Origin: a virus
Lineage: Duplodnaviria > Heunggongvirae > Uroviricota > Caudoviricetes > Crassvirales
Direction: 5' to 3' (one strand)
Length of the DNA stretch: 25,123 nt
IMG/VR virus record: IMGVR_UViG_3300031952_000007
Span: 78,504-103,626 of that record
The translations under genes and the position numbers were made by a program. Below, piece after piece: positions 9,001 through 14,400 of this stretch; position 1 is the stretch's first letter, and each line of letters begins with the position of its first letter. The notes beneath the pieces are model-generated. The model searched no databases. It had not been told where the DNA came from and worked only from the letters and a program-made list of their open reading frames with translations.

Positions 9001-11424
9001 ATTGCTGCTGTAAATATTACAACACATTCCCTTTTTCAAAAATCACAAATGCACATTGATACAGATAAAATTTCTTCTCTTACAAAAGTTGATAAAGATA
9101 TGTTAGGAGATGGTAAAATTTTACTTGATCATAACAAAATAACAATAAAGGGTAAGATTTATGCTTCTCTATCTGGAAAGCTAGATGCTGCAGGTAAATA
9201 TATTTCAGATAAATTATCTGGATATGCTACAGCATTTGTGGATGTTGCAAAAGATCCATACATCCTTAAAATTATTAAGAGTGATCTTGCTGTAGGTACA
9301 TTTATGTTCTTAGAAAGAGTTGGCGTTCCAATTGAGCAAACAGCAATGTTTATGAATCAACCTATCATTAGTGAGTATTTATCTCTTCTTGATAGTAATA
9401 ACATGACAACTTTATTTGATTCAAGGAATTTTGCTGAAGTTTATAATAAGTTTCCAACAACTGCTCCTGCAATTAAGAAGGCTTCTTTTAGCACAGCTAA
9501 CTTTGAAAAGAACATTAAAGATTATAGCTTTGCTAAAAAGTTAAACAAAAAGAATGATAATGTTGATAGGAATGCTGAACAACAACTTATTCTAAAAGAG
9601 TTCTTGAAGTATGCTAAGATGGCTGAGTTTGCATTCAAACTTACTCAAGCTGTAAATTATGATACTACTAATTTTAGAAGTGGTGATTCATTGTTCTTAA
9701 AACAAACTAGAACAGGAATTGCAAGAGAGTCGAACATATTCTCTTCTGTAGATGATGTTCTTGACACAACATTTATAGGTGAACAAGCTAGACTCTTAGA
9801 CAGAGGAATGGAGGGAATGGGTGAAGTGTTGAAACTTGAACAAGCTGAGTTCACTGACATTACTAATGATGTACTTCTTCCATATGCAAGAAATCAATTC
9901 TTCAGTAAGGATAAGTTTGATAAGGTTGCATCAAAACTAAAAGCTTCTTTCTTAGATTTTATTATTCAAACTAATTCTAATATAGCTAGTAAAATTAATA
10001 CATTACTATTAGATGGAGAAACTTCTGTAGCTAGTCAGTTGGTTGAAGCTAAATCAAAATATCCTCAACTTAAAATTTTACAATACCTTGAGGTAGCTAG
10101 TTCAGATAGAATTGGTGGTGCTCAAAGTGTTAAGTTAACAGTAAATACATCTCTTGCGTATGATGAAAATTTATATACAGGAATGATGAGAGAGCTTAGA
10201 GACTTTAATGCTAAAGATACTAATGAGCTTTATCAAGCATTGGTTAATGTGGCTGTATTACAAGGAACTTACAAATCAGCTATATCAATTAAGAATGTAA
10301 TTCCTGTTGAAGATTATAGCAAAGCAATTACACCAATTATTAAATCTGTAGTTGCCACTGATGACATGAGAGAATTTGCTAAACAAAACTTATTTCAAAA
10401 GAATAACTTTAAAGACACAGATGCTGTTCCTTCATACACACCAAAATTTCAAGTAACAGGAGAGCCTATGATTGTGGAAACACTTGATGACTCTTATGAA
10501 ATGTATAAGTATGTAAATACAAATCAATTTCCTTCATTACCATCACTTAATATAGATTCTTCAGATAGAAGAATATTAAAATTAAATGGAACCTACCAAG
10601 CTAAGTATGTTCAGTTTGATGTAATTACAGTTCCTAGATTATTAACTATGGAAGATGGTGATAGAGTAGATTTCTTTACAGGATTAAGCGTTCAAGATTC
10701 TGTTATTTCTGCTAGAAGAAAAGCTGGTGATCTTTCTTTACAAGATGTTATAGGATACCAAAAGGTTAAATATACTGATGGTACACCTCTTACAGATATT
10801 GATACAGATGGAAACACTATACATATCTATAGAATGGTTAACTTATATGGAGATGCACAATTTGCTACAGAATATAGAACAGATGGTCGTCCTTCTGTAT
10901 TTAACAATGGTTCATTACCTGTTGACACTGAAATGCTAGACAATGCAATTATACAAGCATTTGGTGGTGAACTAGTTGAGCCTGCAATTCAAACAGAAGT
11001 TGCTCCTGTAGAAACTCCTGAACAAACATCTAATAATATTAAAGAAACTACAGAAGTTACACAAGCTACAGAAACTACTGAAACAACTAAACCAGAAATA
11101 AGTAATACTATTGATGAAAGTTCTGAAGATAGAAAAATTAATGTAAATCAATTTAATATCACTGTGAAGCCTGATGGTAAAATGTTTTATGATAATGGTA
11201 AAGAAGTTACAGATCAAACTATTAAAAACAAAGTGAGCATTAGAAAAGAACTTCAAGATGGAACATTAAGAACTTCTGTATACAATGGTTCAAATTATTT
11301 CGTACTTTTGAATGGTAAAGTGTTAGGAAGTGGAAAAACTAATCTTGGAAAAGAATCCGTTACAGATTCTAAAATTTTAGAATCTATATTATCTAAAGCT
11401 GTAATTTATAAAAAAACTTGTTAG
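1..11424 (+). CDS. Giant virion-packaged polyprotein (>=3807 aa, 5' partial): cargo-like N-terminus, two zincin domains and crAss-like virion DNA-dependent RNA polymerase
   Basis: Frame 1 is open from base 1 (NEYKSNLIQKWKD...YVQLPKLLG) to TAG at 11422-11424. Motifs: GFRIPTQ (R at 8290), GSDFDIDKL (8401-8427), AFVDVAKDP (VDVAKDP 9238-9258), HEIGH (1798-1812), HEIFH (4339-4353). DFDID is the catalytic motif of the phi14:2 gp66 virion RNAP. Confidence 0.92.
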   Translation, partial: NEYKSNLIQKWKDSHNGEDPIGKDLDKINRDTESVGKASFFGNLALLGITEYVQLPKLLGSNYSASKQAANSLLGKADDVLLKDGKYIAKEATTRFGKVYDRAKGIGKYAFNPMEALQEGLQTTLQVGVQNYYNKAYQTGDADAWTDGFLHGLYGEDESGKGVGVLNSKEGAESILLGGITGGLMSAKGNYQEAKATKSNTKLFLNQLNGAPSFKQAFQERLGAANRNIVLQQQQQDAVIQGDKLEAKDLDADMIYNYLAPRIKYGRFDMVMEDINELKNGGMTEQGLAELKAQGLANVNDTVQSYQERLIQFENTAKDISQLYKSNNLRFSGEILRDEQGEPVLDEKGNTQRKYSAEVIDKMIYAASKVADYDRRIPQLSGNLLAKGIDVQSVIDSELTDTASTALGEQLQVIDNMDDINKDELKQELTDSVELSLRRRQFLNEYSDLKGNPKKYTTFDDGGTKVNGDGKKFRTTPSEQPEKGSPNYSAQSRMPFKGDKRTYDDLVSQYGEGVQNKYDVLQKIMNSPYATTLEKELAAKFLTFTNRDAKIVLGDRSLPNPGISTTDLSSPNASVSHINYEYNADDYEGTTLPLEYVLLHEIGHDLTVYGLSDKSDPFYKELQPLFEFVKDYFKNDPSKYDPKGLLKEGAEHYAFKNIKEFATEALSNRDFQRYLKTIPYKGTQKSAWDSFVSNLKTFFGRLFGITQDSALEEAVAIITNNVDRIYKNEAAENKKIDQQEREAKIAEEKLRKLAEDLEKQQAQIEGNSGDVGTGDNLVDEAALPKEDKKKATDEMFIAGKTESEDWNDPTKSEPHVKRSRVFLNKVKEFANRKNLRAILVTPNNEKALGLDGLTKLSYGKNDMSGATDVNRGFVAQVFVEYVNGKSYFVNEKGEQLGEVGTQIDIDQVIFQTMPTTDITGKDQDKKTYNLFRAGEESQAKLKAAAWLKFREKLFENKGATFTAYPFIVSRGLAIENPKINGKSETNQVAGVLIDAKNEGRILRTNQNLIQISTTGTIEHQGKLLNVPKGRPMLQNGDTFQYINNRTFTKKEAQAIYEVIKRLAKTVQDTGKIDTTYAAFLQNVLFYRGGKSVTGNQISVSTKAMSIMLGDKYYPIIDIENQEAAILEQLSKTYHNVNKKTIDTKLNEKFLEFYINDKGEFTENEWDNYQSYLLSSTYPNGSKRSAENTPLTTSAAAPTTALPYSFKQKYATLQNLELAVQSVPVAPVAAPVAPTAPTVPTIGGFVVDGKTENTFNFEKPAADPIGNIQFTASVDKDGNVVAEAISGDRTKEIAKDAARIQLYVDALTNAGQYEQGMTAEETFLKFLSLNLSARLQETKKNEVAVPVPVTQEPEAPTPTQEAPTGPVNLSGISEPSDDGRRVAKGEKEGMTDAELQLFKKWHAENASNIPYEVLEQLVTMHDGEKAWGVFEDGVAKFVRGGLRGTEYHEIFHAIYQGFLSKEEIAALEDEFKAKSGTFTDRASGRKIEYAKATAKQIEERIADDFSDFRLGKLPARSLGEKIARFFKNIVNFVKSFIGKPSLKDELFKAIDAGKYKNAVLSTSIKSQAPAYRAVEGLSEQETHDFIQDMTARAGVIIFKENDISAIYNTEKFMKGNVFGKIKEMYTGEGRMNALGEKRWEELVSRTKDSLRTLGITFAEGDKAALNDIETNKNDYAADAFSVDWKKSASFAMKFSMATLPATEATNQENEEELTAPKRKLSDSGVNGVTLLGYSRAFGTLIDKLANTTKVSKAIEKLIKLAETDSNYVRMFQRLGGDFTSKKIKKTINFSNFKRDNWRFFIEFMQTTTKQKPDVHVQYVSGNEVFMGSANINKLTDNIKKDWIENIKQLSKVKDSLISFDYIKGVYKVGKLGEISVKTPQEQVDFLNKLGIKFTMDSYNRLKTEGAVNQQKEFGNAVSAIREFLPKVGAIMTFRNKVLNISGQLDTIARLFVATENPIQDSTYRNIEDKQVNAYTENNVPSLFENEFNEAKTIEELRVERPELNDLFSKHSIVLSKGGMFYDKEGNKFRDFKVGAIQGTRIEDTDKATVTSRLTKGDRFTQEINENLTGNYYILIPADSSTEWMMNIGNNIQFKDVESGRAWKKISTIFKGYLFDDVALALDGANRTKLKSISNEKSKELRFFKDILSEKTLSAINEMIANGTSQETIEKYINENIADIDASVKEFIDGIVAETRKILVDNKQIVLNKKEGFSYPRLLDTFAKDVEVNLDKNKMSDADVNNLLTFARVNYVIANIEYHKILFGDPYQFKVGKDGSLDETKRVKSFLSGRRTTFDSPEYNDFLNEDYNKVSAEDDAIVLEPTDPGYHTHKAYVNTLTSSDVNVQGKLLGKTNEADAASWIMDGTYREVLLKNHQWSNDAEAWHQYQMSYMRQTLSKKGGYKYTNPKLEAHDRETLSKKEPKYVLNILKPIATGNKYGKNNFDQVLDKFSQMPVYYSMVEGTNLEALYLKMIKEGFGYAIMESGRKEGAEELHSLYNKNGSFNQDAFNNKVQVPWKAYGIQVETAYEEGKEQTRGSQVTKVGSMDLFDNGVASPEAEEEYTRNTELLDKLHANGYKTLLKRLGVEDLGNAFNIVDRAALAKTLKTEMFRRELSDNIKDSIQLDENGEFIVPFEASPAYIQIKNILYSIVDKSISSPQMSGGGYVQAPVTMWENAKEGRKIAIKTAEGYKEISKAEFENLTEEEKAKVVLTDDTLKFYTKEEPWCEIMLPHWFKDKINKNRFKTDAELIKWLNSSEEGKKILSGIGFRIPTQSLSSAEVFKVKGFLPQAMGKTVIVPSEITSKAGSDFDIDKLNLYLKSIYIDKNGDIRLVNYKGSEESTREFYSRVFDEKLEKKKITKAEMLEAAQILSFDLEDPNNLVDRYSWLLDTFDTDNIDENVNTIMEELEQLGDVNYQAALKEKFVDDMYRRSLENEYYDSLSKLISLPENFERLISPVDDAGLKGLSDKLDELTGNDESLIKNRILNPNYMTSLRHAFVTAKKWVGIAAVNITTHSLFQKSQMHIDTDKISSLTKVDKDMLGDGKILLDHNKITIKGKIYASLSGKLDAAGKYISDKLSGYATAFVDVAKDPYILKIIKSDLAVGTFMFLERVGVPIEQTAMFMNQPIISEYLSLLDSNNMTTLFDSRNFAEVYNKFPTTAPAIKKASFSTANFEKNIKDYSFAKKLNKKNDNVDRNAEQQLILKEFLKYAKMAEFAFKLTQAVNYDTTNFRSGDSLFLKQTRTGIARESNIFSSVDDVLDTTFIGEQARLLDRGMEGMGEVLKLEQAEFTDITNDVLLPYARNQFFSKDKFDKVASKLKASFLDFIIQTNSNIASKINTLLLDGETSVASQLVEAKSKYPQLKILQYLEVASSDRIGGAQSVKLTVNTSLAYDENLYTGMMRELRDFNAKDTNELYQALVNVAVLQGTYKSAISIKNVIPVEDYSKAITPIIKSVVATDDMREFAKQNLFQKNNFKDTDAVPSYTPKFQVTGEPMIVETLDDSYEMYKYVNTNQFPSLPSLNIDSSDRRILKLNGTYQAKYVQFDVITVPRLLTMEDGDRVDFFTGLSVQDSVISARRKAGDLSLQDVIGYQKVKYTDGTPLTDIDTDGNTIHIYRMVNLYGDAQFATEYRTDGRPSVFNNGSLPVDTEMLDNAIIQAFGGELVEPAIQTEVAPVETPEQTSNNIKETTEVTQATETTETTKPEISNTIDESSEDRKINVNQFNITVKPDGKMFYDNGKEVTDQTIKNKVSIRKELQDGTLRTSVYNGSNYFVLLNGKVLGSGKTNLGKESVTDSKILESILSKAVIYKKTC
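1470..2130 (+). other. Zincin-like metallopeptidase domain 1 in the giant ORF
   Basis: VLLHEIGHDL (HExxH 1798-1812), then KEFATEALSNRDFQRYL (candidate third ligand Glu at 1978-1980) and the amphipathic helix WDSFVSNLKTFFGRLFG typical of zincins in phage polyvalent proteins. Boundaries approximate. Confidence 0.8.
4170..4650 (+). other. Zincin-like metallopeptidase domain 2, just N-terminal of the RNAP region
   Basis: AWGVFEDG...GTEYHEIFHAIY (HExxH 4339-4353), then EERIADDF (4489-4512) and IARFFKNIVNFVKSFIG. Boundaries approximate. Confidence 0.8.
6780..9330 (+). other. Catalytic core of crAss-type single-chain virion RNA polymerase (double-psi beta-barrel)
   Basis: Ordered motifs FGDP..ETKR (6781-6840), DAASWI (7057), DKFSQMP, GSQVTK (7594), SGGGYVQ (~7966), RIPTQ (8290), DFDID (8407-8421), KWVGIAA, VDVAKDP (9238). 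Boundaries approximate. Confidence 0.85.
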
Positions 11425-11425
11425 T

Positions 11426-14400
11426 ATGCCTTGTAAAATAGAAATAAGAAAAACAATAGATCAAAGTATTTTAAAAGAAACTGAAAATGATTTCAGAGGT
11501 TTTTTAGAAAAACAAGCAAGAGCTATTTCTGCAAAATTAAATTCTTTATGGGGAAGTATTGCTTCTGCAGAACAAACTACTGGAGATGGAGGATGGAGAG
11601 TTGTTACTTCTAAAATTCCTGAGGCAGTAGATAGAGAATATATTAAACAAGATACAGCAGAGAAAGAGTTTGAAAGGGATCTTGATTTCTTCAAAGGAGA
11701 CCAAGCTTTATATGAACAAGAACAAAGAGACAATACTTTTTTACAGAAATCAAAAAATGAAAAAGAAAATACAATATCATCAACAGCTTCTCCAAAAACA
11801 ATAGCTATTGTTAAAGATTTTCTTAAAAGAATTGGTGTAGATGTTCAAACAGCTAAACAAATAGTTGTTAATGGTGTGCGTCTTGATGCTAACGCTGTTG
11901 CAAATATTACACAAAAGTTAGTTCAAGTTGTAGAAGGACTAGAAGCAAATGCTCTTCCTGAGGAAGCTATGCATTTTGCTGTTGAAATTATTGAACAAAA
12001 AGATCCTGCATTATTTAAAAAGCTTCTTAATGAAATTGGTTCATACAGAATATATACAGCTGTATTAAACCAATATTCAACAGATACTAACTACCAAACT
12101 AAAGATGGTAAACCAGACATACGTAAGATAAAAAAAGAAGCTATAGGTAAACTATTGGCTGAGATGATTATTAATAATAGCGAAGGACTTACAGAAAAAC
12201 CTGAGATGTTAGCTAAGGCTGAATCTTGGTGGAAATCTATATTGAATTCAATTAAATCAATATTCTCTAAGTCTGGATTTGATGAAGCTTCAATGAAGAT
12301 TCTTTCTGGAGAAGATATTGGAACAGCAGAAGATCTTACAGGAGCAGATGGAATATTTTTACAGAAATCTACACAGTCTGAGATTTATGATAACCTTAAG
12401 AAGATACAAGCAAATATAGTTAAAGATGCTGAGGGATATACTATTGATGGTAAAAGAATTACAAGGGTAAGTACACTTGTTAAAGAGTGGTATGATAGAA
12501 GATTTAGTGGTGGAGAATTAACTAAAAGTGATTATCAAAAAGCAATAGATGATCTTAAAGCAGAAAAAGGAACTGCTGGATATGCTGATCTTGAATATAT
12601 ACAAAGTGTATTTGTAGATAAAGATGGTTATTTGAGAGATGTTCCATTAGATGACTCTGGATATGTTTCTCAATTAGATCCTAATGACAGAAGTAAATAT
12701 GAAATACTTAGAGATAATCTAGAAGAAAGACTTAAATCTTTTCCTGTAGGAACTAGATTTATGTCAGAGGTTACTATATATGATGCTGCAAGAAAGAATG
12801 GACTAGCTGGTACAGTGGATTTCTTAGCCATCACTAAAGATGGTAAAGTGCACATCCTTGACTGGAAGTTCATGGATCTTAACATTGATAAGTATACAGA
12901 TGTTCCTTGGTATAAAATAGCTGCTTGGAGAGAACAAATGGATCTCTATAAAGCAATTGTTAGTAAGGCTTATAATGTAAAGACTGAAGACTTTGGACAA
13001 ACTAGAATGATTCCTATTAAGGCTGTATATTCTCAAGGAAATGCTAAAGAAAAGATTCTCCCAACATTATTAGAAGTAAAGATTGGTGATGTTAATGTTA
13101 AAAACATTAAAGAAGACTATTTAATTCCTGTAGGACTTGAGAATGAGAAAACAGGTAATTCTAAAATTGATAAACTTCTTCAAAAGTTAAACGCTGATTA
13201 CAAATCTCTTAGTGAAAAGAAAGTAACACCTGAAGAAAAAGGAGAGAAAGCATTACAATTGAATGCGTTATTCACTGCAATCAGACAGTTGCAGATGAAG
13301 CAAAACATAGAACCTTTATTGAACCAAGCTAAATTGTTGAACAAACGCATTAAGAATATTATTAAAACGTTTAACGAAACTTGGGTGGGTACAAATCCTA
13401 AAGACTATTCAGATGCTCAACTTGATGCATTTACAAAAGAACTAGCTGATGCTGAAAAAACTTTAAGGACGTATACCAATCTTTATATAGATCTTAAATC
13501 TTTATTCCCAGAGAACATGACTGCTGAGGATAAAGAACTTAAAGAAAACTTAAGAGACACTGTTGATACTGCTAAAGAAGTTGAAGCAGATCTTCAAGAA
13601 GTTATGACAGAATTCACCAGAGACTTTAATGCAAAGAGAGAAGATATTGGAGATGTAACAAAAGCTGAAAAGGTTATTAAGGGACTTGCTAAATGGTTTT
13701 CTAGTACAGCAACTTTACAAACTGGTGCTATTGCTGCATTCTTTAAAAAAGCAAACAGAGCATTTACATATGCTGCTATGGAGACTGTTGGTGAAAGTAA
13801 GAAGTTATTAAAGTTAAAAGAAGCATACGATCAATTAGCAGCATCTAAAGGACTAAGTAAAAAAGATTACTTTAACCTTATTAAGAAGAAAGGATCTAAT
13901 GAGCTTATAGATGAATTTGATTCTAAGTTTTATAAATTAGTAAAAGAGAAAATTGCTGATAAAGATTATGATTGGATTAAAGAAAATATAGATGTTGATA
14001 AGTATAAAGAGTTTTTAGAAGAAAAGAAAAGGACTGAAATAGAAAGAATCAAAGCAAAGGCTGACAATAGAATTGGTACAGACTTTGAAAATGATGCTGA
14101 AGAAACTAAAGAGATAGCTCAAGTAAATAAGTTATATGATCTTTCCACTGCAACTAGTGCTGGATGGTTTCAATATAACCTTGTTAAAAAGTTTCCTAAA
14201 CGTAGCACATGGGAATCAAAAGAATGGAAAGAGTTAAACAATAGTGGTAACAAAGCAGCAAAAGACTTCTATGATTATATAATTGATAGGAACGAATACT
14301 ATCAATCTATAGGATATATTAATAGAGGAGAAGCTAGAACATTTCTTCCCTGGGTTAGAAAAGGACTAGTTGAAAAGATGGTGATGGGTGGAAATATTTC

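Noticed and set aside
6780-9330. Intein or self-splicing intron in the RNAP gene
   Set aside because: The frame is continuous, there is no Cys/Ser...His-Asn-[CST] junction or LAGLIDADG motif, and the protein has almost no Cys.
12440-13030. Cas4 or CRISPR-associated function for the nuclease
   Set aside because: It lacks the four Fe-S cluster cysteines of Cas4 (the domain has no Cys), and no cas genes or array are present.
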